Of a stretch of DNA of 35,988 nt, positions 1 through 11,573 are shown piece by piece. The stretch covers positions 4,466,546 through 4,502,533 of the forward strand of contig NC_069004.1 in NCBI RefSeq assembly GCF_001194135.2, written 5' to 3'. The position numbers and the translations under genes were made by a program. Position 1 is the stretch's first letter; each line of letters begins with the position of its first letter. This DNA comes from Octopus bimaculoides. Lineage: Eukaryota. A model generated the notes under the pieces. The model ran no database searches. It saw only the letters and a program-made list of their open reading frames with translations, and was not told the DNA's origin.

Positions 1-140
1 AAATTAGCGGTTCAGCAAAAATAACCGATAGCAGAAGTACTACGTTTACACAGAATAAGTCTTGGGGTCACTTTTTTCGACTAAACGCGGTGCTCCAGCG
101 TGGCCTCAGTCAAATGACTGAAACAAATAAAAAGAATAAA
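1..140 (+). mobile_element. SINE family A, 3' half (runs off window start)
   Basis: TTAGCGGTTCAGCAAAA...AGAATAAGTCTTGGGGTC...GCGGTGCTCCAGCGTGGCCTCAGTCAAATGACTGAAACAAATAAAAAGAATAAA matches the same module at 15040-15235 and, reversed, at 18457-18613 and 8941-9060. Confidence 0.8.
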
Positions 141-213
141 ATAAAAATGAATATATATATATATACACACATACATACATACACACGCTTATATAAGTGT
201 ATGCATAAATATT

Positions 214-215
<2 letters not shown>

Positions 216-247
<32 letters not shown>
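216..247. repeat. (TA)n microsatellite
   Basis: Direct read of the TA run. Confidence 0.95.
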
Positions 248-253
<6 letters not shown>

Positions 254-477
254 TGTGTGTCTGTATACACGTATATATCATTTCATATGAGATAAGCAAG
301 GATTAACATGCTGAATCATGGATTCGTTTAATCGATCGACGAACATCACAGCAGGGAGGATTGTAGCATTATATAAGTAGATGATGCAAATTTAAAATTA
401 AATCTACTAAATCACTAAATTAAATCATTGAATTGAAACTTAAATAATTTTTTAATTCAGGCCTCATATAAAGGCCT

Positions 478-1190
478 AAGAAATGAGTTTGATCTTCTTC
501 GCGAGGAAATACTCATATTGCTAGGATAAATTGATCATTTCTTAAAAGCACTGGCCATGAAATGCATACGACGCGAAATTGCTCTTTATATTTCCAAATG
601 TAGCTTGAAGTTGCTGCGCTGTTTTACAGATCGTGTGTTTTAGCTCCTGTGAGAGTAATTAATTCCTATATAGCCTTGTGGTATCTTGCAAGCAGAGCTA
701 TCAACTCGGTTTTAATGACAATTCATTCGTGTCATTTCTCTAAAGGCTATTTTTAGCATGCTGCTCTTAATGGCATGATGGTTTGTTTCAGTAAGTTTAA
801 ACTCAACTCATTCCTCAATTCAAGCGTCATGCAGTTGTAGAAGAAATCAGCCAGGCCTTCTTCTCGAAGTCAAACTCATAATAAAATAAATTGATCCGTT
901 CCTAAAAGCATTATCACCCAAGAAAGGCATGCAGCTTGCAATTGCTCCTTATATTTTCAAATGCAACTTGAAATTGCTGCTCTGTTTTATAGTTCATGAG
1001 AGTTGGCTCCTGCAAGAGTAATTAATCCCTATATAGCATTATGATATCTTGCAAGCTGTGACATCAACCCGGATTTTTATGACAATTTATTTATGACATT
1101 TCTCTAAAGGCTTCCTTTCGCTTCCTGCTATTAATGGTATTTTACCAGTGACTTCATTCCTGGAAATGCTACAAACGCAGAATTGCAACC
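478..1190. repeat. Diverged head-to-tail tandem duplication, unit 363 bp (478-840, 841-~1190)
   Basis: AAGAAAT starts both units (478, 841). 577-708 aligns without gaps to 940-1071 with 24 mismatches in 132 nt. Shared blocks include ATAAATTGATC, GAGAGTAATTAAT/AAGAGTAATTAAT, TATCTTGCAAGC and CATTTCTCTAAAGGCT. Confidence 0.9.
526..1140 (+). pseudogene. Possible decayed coding sequence present in two tandem copies (family not recognised)
   Basis: 16 of 24 mismatches between the copies fall at codon position 3 of frame +1. The period of 363 is a multiple of 3 and there is one in-frame 3-nt indel. Both copies carry stops and one has a 1-nt indel. The strand is not certain. Confidence 0.4.
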
Positions 1191-1420
1191 GGAGAAATTT
1201 GATTCATGTATTCGCATATTTACAGTAAACAGTGACAAAATGTAATTTATCGTATCCGTGTGTTCTAGACACCATCGTATTTCATTATAGTTTAACTACA
1301 ATCAACATAGCATCTTATAACTGATCATTGCGTCATGTTTCGTAGGATACAAGAATTTTTGATATAGTCTTTCGTTGAGGTAGAAAATATATGACATGTG
1401 CGAGTATCTGTCTGTCTTCT

Positions 1421-1421
<1 letters not shown>

Positions 1422-1472
<51 letters not shown>
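1422..1472. repeat. (TG)n microsatellite
   Basis: Direct read, ~25 units. Confidence 0.95.
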
Positions 1473-1473
<1 letters not shown>

Positions 1474-1891
1474 ACGCACGTGAGATGATAAGAAAATGAC
1501 TTATCGCTTTACTATCATTACATCAGCGAGAAACAGGTATGCGGACATACATGCACATATTCATATATGTACACACATACACACTCACTCTCTCTCAAAC
1601 ATATATAAGNNNNNNNNNNNNNNNNNNNNNNNNNNNNNNNNNNNNNNNNNNNNNNNNNNNNNNNNNNNNNNNNNNNNNNNNNNNNNNNNNNNNNNNNNNN
1701 NNNNNNNNNNNNNNNNNNNNNNNNNNNNNNNNNNNNNNNNNNNNNNNNNNNNNNNNNNNNNNNNNNNNNNNNNNNNNNNNNNNNNNNNNNNNNNNNNNNN
1801 NNNNNNNNNNNNNNNNNNNNNNNNNNNNNNNNNNNNNNNNNNNNNNNNNNNNNNNNNNNNNNNNNNNNNNNNNNNNNNNNNNNNNNNNNNN

Positions 1892-1900
1892 TATCTATCC

Positions 1901-1971
<71 letters not shown>
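1892..1971. repeat. (TATC)n microsatellite at a gap edge
   Basis: Direct read. Confidence 0.95.
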
Positions 1972-1972
<1 letters not shown>

Positions 1973-3295
1973 GTCTGCCTCTCTCTATCTCTCTGTATCT
2001 CTCTCCCTATATATAACCATATATATACATATATATAAGCACATATAAATATTATATGTCACATATATATGTATGTGCGTGTGTGTAAATATATATACAT
2101 ACACATACATATTCATATATGTATTTATGGGCGTGTTTGTGGGTGTGCATGTGTTTGCGTGAGGAGGGTGGGATGTAAGTGTCTAGTATATTTATGTGAA
2201 TATCCTATGTTATCTGCTCATGAAAATTCTAGTAATAGTTTTCGTATATCAGACAACGGAAGTTGCCTCTATTGAAAAGATCTTATTAGCAAATATATGA
2301 ATTTCATAACGAGATATTTCTTACATACATTTATTGTCACGAAGATAACAAATTGTATGTTTTCTACTCAGAATCATTCGAAACATTAGACATACATATA
2401 TTAATGCACATGTACTTACACACCTATGTATCAAACTACCTGTGTGTATATGTACATATGTATATATGTATAGTGTATATATATATATATATATATATAT
2501 NNNNNNNNNNNNNNNNNNNNNNNNNNNNNNNNNNNNNNNNNNNNNNNNNNNNNNNNNNNNNNNNNNNNNNNNNNNNNNNNNNNNNNNNNNNNNNTATATG
2601 TTTATATGCACACACACACATATGTATGTATATATATATATGTATATATTATATATTACATACATATGTATATGTATATATATATGCATATACATATTCA
2701 CATATGCACATATATGCAATATATAACATACATACATATATATATGCGTTCACACATCCTATATATATATGTGTGTGTGTGTGTGTATGTGTGTGTGTAT
2801 ATATATCCTTGACGTCATAGGAATATTGATAAAAGTGATATAATTCTTTTGTGGGAAGCGTGCATGAGTAACGTGTCTTAAAATTCATATAAAAATGTAA
2901 TCAATAGCAAATAAATATTGGCTTGAAAAGCCTGTTTGAATACAAAATGTCGATAGCTGATCTTGAGACTTGAACCCACACCTCCTGTAAACACACGCGC
3001 ACACACACGCACACACACATACACACACACACAAACACACTCATATATATGTATATATAACTTCACGGTGTTACTATAATCCAGGCACTTCGTTGCACGT
3101 AATAACCTCTTTAAAGAAGTATTGAGATAACTAAATGAACGTCACAATCTCCAATAGAGAGGTCTACGTAAATCCAACATATAATCCAAGAGATATACAA
3201 TATACGTCGGAGGATTTGTCTAATAATAATCATGATGAGGAAGAAAGAAACTTGAAATGAGGTTACGATCGTTTCACTAAGCAACCATTCATAAA

Positions 3296-3664
3296 CCTAT
3301 AATAATAAATGCGAAATTCTGTCTGTCCGGGACCCCTGCAGCTCAGTCTACATTTACTCAACATCGAGATATAATGCCATTTTGGAATCAGCATCATCTC
3401 GGGATTGAAAATCTGTCGTTAATTTGGTTCTCGAACATTCAACATTGGGATCAGGTCTGGATGAAGAGTTGTCATACGCTATCAGATGAAAATTCAAATT
3501 GTAAAAGAATTCCAAAAATTTGTGAAATTACGAAATTTTTCATTTATAAACCTGAAATTAACTTTATTATTATTATTGCTCTCTTTAGTTTTGGGCTGCA
3601 GGCCCAAACAGAGTTTCCTAGGAATTGGCCGAAATATCCGCACGGGGTGCGGCTTTTACGCTAG
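3296..3664 (+). mobile_element. Non-autonomous Helitron (~370 bp)
   Basis: 3' end: GC hairpin CCGCAC-GGG-GTGCGG (3638-3652), 8-nt spacer, CTAG (3661-3664), then T. 5' end: A|CCTATAATAATAAATGCGAAATTCTGTCTGTC resembles the (T)CTAT...ATAAATGCGAAA start of small invertebrate Helitrons, with TC>CC. It sits between A and T with no TSD. Confidence 0.7.
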
Positions 3665-3707
3665 TCTGTAAAAAACACAACATATGCAAATAAATGAAAG
3701 GAAAATA

Positions 3708-3802
3708 TTCTTCTTCTTCTTCTTCTTCTTCTTCTTCTTCTTCTTCTTCTTCTTCTTCTTCTTCTTCTTCTTCTTCTTCTTCTTCTTCTTCTTCTTCTTC
3801 TT

Positions 3803-3833
<31 letters not shown>

Positions 3834-3855
3834 TTATTATTATTATTATTATTAT
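3708..3855. repeat. Compound (TTC)41(TTA)8 microsatellite
   Basis: Direct read; source of the poly-F, poly-S and poly-L ORFs. Confidence 0.95.
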
Positions 3856-4291
3856 GTTATTTTTCTTCTTTCTTCAAATTTTCTTCCATTTCTCGCCACA
3901 AAGACACTCAGCTTATTTTACTGCGTATTATGGAAAGTTTCGAATGGTCCAACGGCCAGCGGCCTAACTGTAAACGTGTTTACTGATTTTGCTTCAAGAA
4001 CCCTTCGGGGTGGGGGGTCTCTTAGTTCTAACCAATGATGTAGGTGTTCGGTCGTTTGTAGGTGTACTACCTTTCTATTTGTACCGATCGTTTTGAGCCA
4101 CGTTGGCAGTTTAGTGCTAATACTTCCAAGTGCACCGATTACTACTGGTATCACGTCCACTCTCTTCATCGCTTACAACCTACGCATTTCTCATCAAATC
4201 TTTATACTTGTTCGGTTTTTCTTCATCATTGTCTTTGATCCTGTTGCCACCAGGCACATACTGTGTCGATTACCATGCAAGTTTTATTTCG
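3856..4291 (-). mobile_element. 5'-truncated R4/Dong-clade non-LTR retrotransposon: restriction-like endonuclease (REL) C-terminus plus 3' UTR
   Basis: The minus strand, with frameshifts, reads KTCMVIDTV/PGGNRIKDNDEEKPNKYKDLMRNA*VVS/MKRVDVIPVVIGALGSISTKLPTWLKTIGTNRKVVHLQT...RRVLE. This matches the D-x-x-P...K.EK..KY.DL...PVVIGALG...LQK..L...RRVL pattern of R4/Dong REL domains. (TAA)n flanks both ends. Confidence 0.8.
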
Positions 4292-4296
4292 TATTA

Positions 4297-4372
<76 letters not shown>
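4292..4372. repeat. (TTA)n microsatellite
   Basis: Direct read, ~27 units. Confidence 0.95.
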
Positions 4373-4374
<2 letters not shown>

Positions 4375-4580
4375 TCACGCATCCATCACAGATACACACA
4401 GCTTCTTTTCTTTTATTTCCAGATTTGATTTTTTTTCTTTTACATTTTTTCTCCTCTTAAAGCCTTCCTTCAAACACACATATCTGGAAATCGACGTGAG
4501 TGACCACCACCACTGCCATGATCATTATCATCATGATCATCATCATCATCATCATCATCAACATCATCATTATCATTTGG

Positions 4581-4730
4581 CACTTCTTCCGTCTTTACGT
4601 TTTGAGTTCAAATTCCTATGAGTTTGTCTTTGCCTCTCATCCTGTTCGAGATCGATAAATTTAGTACCTGTGAAACACTGGGGTCAATGTAATCGACTAG
4701 TCCCCCTTCCCACAAATTTCAGGTCTTGTG
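4581..4730 (+). mobile_element. SINE family B, 5'-truncated, diverged
   Basis: GTCTTTACGTTTTGAGTTCAAATTCC...TTTGCCTCTCATCC...GATAAATTTAGTACC...GGGGTCAATGTAATCGACT...AAATTTCAGGTCTTGTG aligns to 25091-25304. It follows a (CAT)n tract. Confidence 0.85.
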
Positions 4731-4915
4731 GATACATAGAGAGAGATATAGATAGGGATACATAGAGAGAGAGATATAGATAGGTGCAGAGATAGTTTGG
4801 ATAGCCAAGTAGTCAAGCAGCCCGGCTGCTAGGCCACCATTCGGTCAGAGGGCCAGCCACACAGCACATCTGACTCACAGATAGAAAGGCAGGCGGAAAG
4901 ACAGGAAGATAGATT

Positions 4916-4916
4916 C

Positions 4917-4972
<56 letters not shown>

Positions 4973-5030
4973 ATAGATAGACAGACAGACATACAGACAT
5001 ACAGATAGATAGATAGATAAGTAGGTAGAT
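4916..5030. repeat. (GATA)n/(GACA)n microsatellite
   Basis: Direct read. Confidence 0.9.
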
Positions 5031-7378
5031 ATGGGAATCTATATGCTTGTGTCTTGTCTATTTGGTTATACCGATATATTTATTTATGAGATGCTGATTT
5101 GATGCGTTGCATTACAACAATGATATATGCATACTTTCATTGTTTCCAATACTGAGATCTCTCCCACTAACTCTGACAACTATTTATGCCCTTCATAAAT
5201 AGTTGTCATATATATATATATATATATATGTGTCCATAAATATATTCATACACACATCCATACATATATACACNNNNNNNNNNNNNNNNNNNNNNNNNNN
5301 NNNNNNNNNNNNNNNNNNNNNNNNNNNNNNNNNNNNNNNNNNNNNNNNNNNNNNNNNNNNNNNNNNNNNNNNNNNNNNNNNNNNNNNNNNNNNNNNNNNN
5401 NNNNNNNNNNNNNNNNNNNNNNNNNNNNNNNNNNNNNNNNNNNNNNNNNNNNNNNNNNNNNNNNNNNNNNNNNNNNNNNNNNNNNNNNNNNNNNNNNNNN
5501 NNNNNNNNNNNNNNNNNNNNNNNNNNNNNNNNNNNNNNNNNNNNNNNNNNNNNNNNNNNNNNNNNNNNNNNNNNNNNNNNNNNNNNNNNNNNNNNNNNNN
5601 NNNNNNNNNNNNNNNNNNNNNNNNNNNNNNNNNNNNNNNNNNNNNNNNNNNNNNNNNNNNNNNNNNNNNNNNNNNNNNNNNNNNNNNNNNNNNNNNNNNN
5701 NNNNNNNNNNNNNNNNNNNNNNNNNNNNNNNNNNNNNNNNNNNNNNNNNNNNNNNNNNNNNNNNNNNNNNNNNNNNNNNNNNNNNNNNTATATATATATA
5801 TGATCGAACTAGCTTTATTGAAAACTACCGGTCAAATGACCTTGCTTAAATTCTTTAACTTTCCAATATCCTTATTCCCTTTATTTCTTCTGTTCTATTT
5901 TCTTATATTATGAATTTTTCTCTACATTTCTATTTTTTCACTCTTACCCTGCTCCCTACCTATTCGCATCGAATCCTCCTACGTGTGTTAACATGTACCT
6001 CCTGGTGACAATGTAAATTTTAGTTTAATCAAGACACCCTTGGCCTGACGAATAGCCTGCAGTATTATACACCTCGCTTGCATATTTACCACTTCTGAGG
6101 TTCCGCTCGCTGTGAAATATATTTAGCCCGGATCTTACCTTCACCGTTGCTTAACCCTTATATTCTTATTCACATACCCGGCAACCAGGGTTGCCTACAG
6201 TGGAATATGATTTTTTTTCTAGCTTATTGTACTTCGATACCCAAAACTCCAAAACCTTCCGCCTCAACAAATCATGATTGTTCCTAAAAGTTGATTTTTA
6301 TGTTTACTACGGATTTCTTCAAACTTACCTTTTTCCTACAACTCGATGCTTGGATCTTGCATTTATATAACTTTATATACATATATATATATATATATAT
6401 GCACATATGTACATATATATGTATAAATATATATATATATATATATTTGGTTATATGTATAAGCATGTGCGTGCGTGTTTACACATGTGTGTATATATGT
6501 ATATATGAATGTATTCATGTGAGGCTGTATGTATGTGTCTTTATTTTGTGTATTGTAATAGCAGGTATAATATCTGCTCACGTAGGTGACAATATATTTT
6601 CTTGACTGACACTACTCTCCTCCAACGTTAAATTATTCATTTCGTTTAAAATGTTCAACAACACAGACGTGCCATACGCTACCTCGTCATAATTCTATAG
6701 CAAATTATACATGTTAGAAAATATAGAGAATATAATACAATGAACTAAAACATTTTATTCTAGACTGATGAAGTGCAAAGTACGTAGCATATAATTATAA
6801 TTATTCTTTTTTAATAATGATAGTACTACCTGAGTAGAAATTTTGAACGATTCGTATCCTTATGATCAAACCTAAGGCTTATTGTTGGTCCAATCAAATG
6901 ATTGTTGTCTGTTATTATTAATAAGTATATTAAGCAAATTAAAGGGATTGGGCAGCGAAAACTATATGTAGCTTTTAAATTGTGGTTATGTGGGAAATTT
7001 TATTGTAATATACAGATTAAATAACCGTTACAGTAAATAAAAAAATTCTAATTCTAATACAACCTAAGCTGCCCGTGGTCGTACATTTTGTATTACCTCT
7101 ACGAATCTAGAGTGTCAGGCAGTGAAAATAGATAAAACTTAAAGCAAAACTTTTCGAAGTCATGTCATTTATCGCAAAATCTTCCACTTAGATTTCAATA
7201 TTTGAATCACTTTACAATATTGTTCGGTGTCGCGGTCTTTTCCGCAGTGCAAATATGACATTATTGCGTACCATTTATATACGTCATATGTTCCCGTATT
7301 CTTCATTACCTTATCTAGTTGATAACACTCCCTATACCTAACCCAGAAACACCGGCCGTTAATATGGAAATATTGTAG

Positions 7379-7517
7379 GGCGGCGAGCTGGCAGAATAGG
7401 TAGCATGCCGAGCGAAATGCTTAGCGGCCCTTCCTCCGTCTTGACATTTAGAGTTTAAATTCCGTTGAGGCCGACCTTGGCTTTCATCATTTCGGTATTG
7501 ATAAAATAAGTACCATT
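7379..7517 (+). mobile_element. SINE family B, head and central domain, 3'-truncated
   Basis: GGCGGCGAGCTGGCAGAA (A-box region), GAGTTTAAATTCC (B-box-like), CTTTCATC...GATAAAATAAGTACC. Confidence 0.85.
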
Positions 7518-8940
7518 TGATGCAAAATTCAAAACCAATATGGAAACATACAACAGCAGAATGTAGATGTGAGTTCGGTGACATCGAAATATCGGCTGTT
7601 TTAAATAAAAGATTCGCCAACACCAATATCTGTTTATGGAATGAAGATCGATGAAACACTAAATAACATGCTACTGCATATGCAAGTAATTGATTTAGAA
7701 AACAACTCATAAACACCTTCAAATTACTCTGCCTGAAGGTAACTTAACACGAACTTAAGAATCTTAAATTGGGTAGCTCAGATCTTTAATTTACACGAGA
7801 ACACATTTGGGCCTTATAAATATCCAAGTGATTAACTGACATATATTGGCACTAAAACTTGTCAGCCACACACCTCTTAAGTGTGTTGCTGACAAAACAA
7901 GTAGAAAAATCTTTAATCTCTTTCGAGCAGAAAGTTCTTCGATACAGCCGTGTAACATAACAATGAGTGTCTTGCAAATGTCAGCTTCAGAGAAGTATAT
8001 ATATATACTTAGACCAACAACCTTCTGAACTAAATGTAAGCTCCGCTAGAACATTCATGTATTATGCACAGGTACGCATTAAAATTAAAGATGCTCATAG
8101 CTAAATGCTTCCTGGAAATTGACTTACAACCATCACCATTACAGAAGCTTTTTTGAGTGTAAATTTAGATATTATAGAACTTCTCATAGAGAATAACATA
8201 ACAGTACACAAACATGCGAATCTAGAGAAACGTGATGAGAATTAAAAACATTAACACATGCTCTTTCTAACCCAGTATAATGACGGCGAGGCATTAGTGT
8301 GTGCAGGTGAAATAACGTCTATGAATTCAAACAATACAGTAACAAATATTACATAGGAAAGATAGAGGGACTGTTCAAAAACAGATTCACTATCAACACG
8401 CTTGTTCATGAATATCGACCAGAAAATATTAAAGGCTTGTCTAATTATAAATTGGTTACTAAAATTTCAATTATTAAACGTAGTTAAAAGGAGAGAGATG
8501 GTGTCAGACATGTACTACAAACAAAAATTCTATCTAATGCAACATTTCACGGCATCTGTTAACTAAAGAAACTGGAAAGGTATCGTAATGGCACCAATAT
8601 AGTTTCGTGATAGCTAACTGTAAGACATTAACTGTCATGCCTATAAAAAATTTCGTTGGCAATTCGAATTTTAATGCAATGTCGAGCTAAACCAAAAAGG
8701 TCGATTATATATTACTGCCTACGAAACAGAAAACACTGACATTTCCATTCCATGACTTGACTCAAAATACCTAACTACCTAACTAGAATGAATCTTACTG
8801 GAAATTCCATACAGTAGACGTTACATAGAAGCCCCATTTGACTCACCACTCAAACGTTCATTGTCGGAACGGTCACTCAATCATTAAGATGCATATGGAT
8901 CTATTAGTAACGCAAATCTGAGTCGAAGAAATCGAGCCGA

Positions 8941-9243
8941 GGATTTATTCTTCGTAAGCTTAGTACTTATTCTGTCGGTCTCTTTTACCGAACCGCTAGT
9001 TTACGAGGACGTACACACACCAGCATCAGTTGTCGAGCGATGGTGGGGGAACAAACATAGATACAACAACAACACACAAACACACATATATGTATGTGTC
9101 TACCAAATCCACTCACGAGGATTTGGTCGGCCCGAGGCTATAGTAAAGGTGCCACGCAGTGGGACTGAATCCAGAACTATGTGGTTGATAAGCAAGCTAC
9201 TTACCACACAGCCACCTGTGAGCCTCACAGCCCCTCCTGCACC

Positions 9244-9245
<2 letters not shown>
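8941..9245 (-). mobile_element. SINE family A, near full length, lacking the extreme 3' tail
   Basis: The reverse complement reads GGCTGTGTGGTAAGTAGCTTGCTT...GGATTCAGTCCCACTGCGTGGCACC...TATAGCCTCGGGCCGACCAAA...GTGAGTGGATTTGGTAGAC, then a short (TA)/(TG) tract and the 3' module. Confidence 0.9.
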
Positions 9246-9285
<40 letters not shown>

Positions 9286-10584
9286 TACATATATATACAT
9301 ACATATGTATATACACATTCACACGTACGTTTATATATTAGACAAATGACACCCAACACCCACAAATACAGAGATATGTATATGCCCGAATGTGTGTATG
9401 GGTGGCTGTGCGTGTGCGTGTGTATGTGTTTTTGAATGCATATCACAAAATGTGCTGTGCGTGCATATGCATATGTATATTATATATTCATACACGTCTA
9501 CACTCATATATAAATATATGCAGTAGCTCACTACAAAATTTATAATTTCTGAATAAATCAATACTTATTTAACAGAATGGAGAGGAGAAATTGCAAAATA
9601 ATTGTTCTGAAGAGCGATTCTTTTAGATTATGTTCAATATTTTTCTGAACAATTATGCGAAAATGAGATTGATAATAGGAAAAACCTTTAATATAATTAC
9701 TATATCAAGCAATTAGAAAACCTGCAAGAAATTTTATGAATCCGTAATTATAATATATAGTAGTCTGTTTGTGAAGTGTTTTGTTCGGACATTATTAGCG
9801 ATCGTATATCCGTTATAATGTATACATACACGCACACATTCTTATTTATATATGCACCAAAACTAACGAAACCACAGTGGCACCTACTAAAACACAAGCA
9901 TATACAAAACCTATTTAGACCACTCTGTCGCCCTCATCTTTCTTTCTTACCAACGCTCCAATGTGGATTTCATGTTTTGCAATATATATTGTGTAAAGAG
10001 AACAGATTTATATTTGGCCAAATATTTAATTTTCTTAATGAACTATCATAGTTTCACATTCCCTAACATTATAACAAACACTAACCACTGAGTTGATAAA
10101 TTGGAATCAAGCGTACAATAAGGTTAATATTTCTTTCTAACGTTTAGCAAAGCCAACAGTTTTGGTACCATTGTGTTTTCAACAAAGAAACCGCGTGAAC
10201 GCAAGCATCAGGGCGCAGCCTCCCACCTCGTAGCTCTCCACCGCGTGCGCTGGTAACGATATGTCCGCCGTCTCCCGGTTGATCATCCTACCGGGGCTTT
10301 ACTCTCGTTTGAAACAGCAGGTGCAGGCCTAAAAAAACTCAATCTCTAATCTCTCCAACGCCGCCAGGAGTGCTACATCATTTGTGTGATGTGGAAAATA
10401 TTCCATCAATATTGCACAAGTGATGTTACAGTTAGACTAAAACCAATAGCATTCAAACTCTGTTGTTGCTTTCTCGTTCGTAGATGCGACAACTTCTGCT
10501 TTTTGTTTACGAGAGGAGTAAAATTGTTTGTCAAACTCAACGGATTCAGTGCTTTTCTTCGCACAGATAAATGTATATATCTAT

Positions 10585-10816
10585 CGATAGATGGCTAGAT
10601 GGAAAGATGGCTAGATAGATAGACAGATAAACAGACCGACAGATAGAGAGATAGAAAGAGAGAGAGGTAGGTAGATAGATGGATGGATAAATAGATAGGT
10701 GTGTNNNNNNNNNNNNNNNNNNNNNNNNNNNNNNNNNNNNNNNNNNNNNNNNNNNNNNNNNNNNNNNNNNNNNNNNNNNNNNNNNNNNNNNNNNNNTATA
10801 GATAGATAGATAGATC

Positions 10817-10849
<33 letters not shown>

Positions 10850-10888
10850 ATAAATAGATAGATAGATAGCTAGATAGATAGATAGATC

Positions 10889-10933
<45 letters not shown>

Positions 10934-10937
10934 ATAA

Positions 10938-10994
<57 letters not shown>
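10585..10994. repeat. (GATA)n tract interrupted by a gap
   Basis: Direct read. Confidence 0.9.
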
Positions 10995-11527
10995 AAGGTG
11001 AAATTTGGTATTCGATTCAATGCTAGGCGAATTTAAAAGTTTTATTCTTCCTTAACCTCATGTCAATAAATGTTTTTGTGAGTTTAACTTGACAGAATCG
11101 GCGGGATTGTTCTTGTTCCAAACTGCTAAACATACCCGGGTCGTTAGGTTTAATGCTAATACTGCTGTTCCCTTTAGTTCATACAACTTCCCTAAGACGC
11201 TCTTAAGATTTGCTGGAAGCAACATTAACAGCTATCTGTTATAAGAATTTTTATATCACACGAGAGAAGGCATGCGAGACTGTTTTTATTCTTCTTAAAT
11301 CTGAGGATTTACGACGACAAAAACAACCAAGCAAAATAGTCCACCATAAGCCTACCGAGAAAAAAATCCCAAAGTATTTGAAATGATACAATAGAAAATG
11401 ACAGTAAAAGCTAATGGATGCTACAATGATATTTGGTTCGTATTTACGCGGCAGAATATAGCAGTAGGGAATGTAGTATGAGTTTACAGCGCGAAAGTTA
11501 GGGTGTATATGCATTTGCATATTGTAC

Positions 11528-11571
<44 letters not shown>

Positions 11572-11573
11572 AA

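Noticed and set aside
670-750. Resemblance of LWYLASRAINP...FSKG to GPCR TM7/helix 8, and a NUMT interpretation of the duplication
   Set aside because: The NPxxY tyrosine is absent and the TM6-TM7 spacing is too short. No mitochondrial protein was recognised under code 5. Both remain only as search hypotheses.
3358-3478. Minus-strand 121-nt open segment with AG/GT boundaries (YDNSSSRPDPNVECSRTKLTTDFQSRDDADSKMALYLDV)
   Set aside because: It lies inside the Helitron, the peptide is not recognised, and an open stretch of this length is expected by chance.
6139-6194. Minus-strand exon candidate with a strong AAG|GTAAGA donor
   Set aside because: There are stop codons in all three frames.
8847-8917. 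Minus-strand exon candidate with a G|GTGAGT donor
   Set aside because: There are stop codons in all three frames; a non-coding exon cannot be supported without RNA data.
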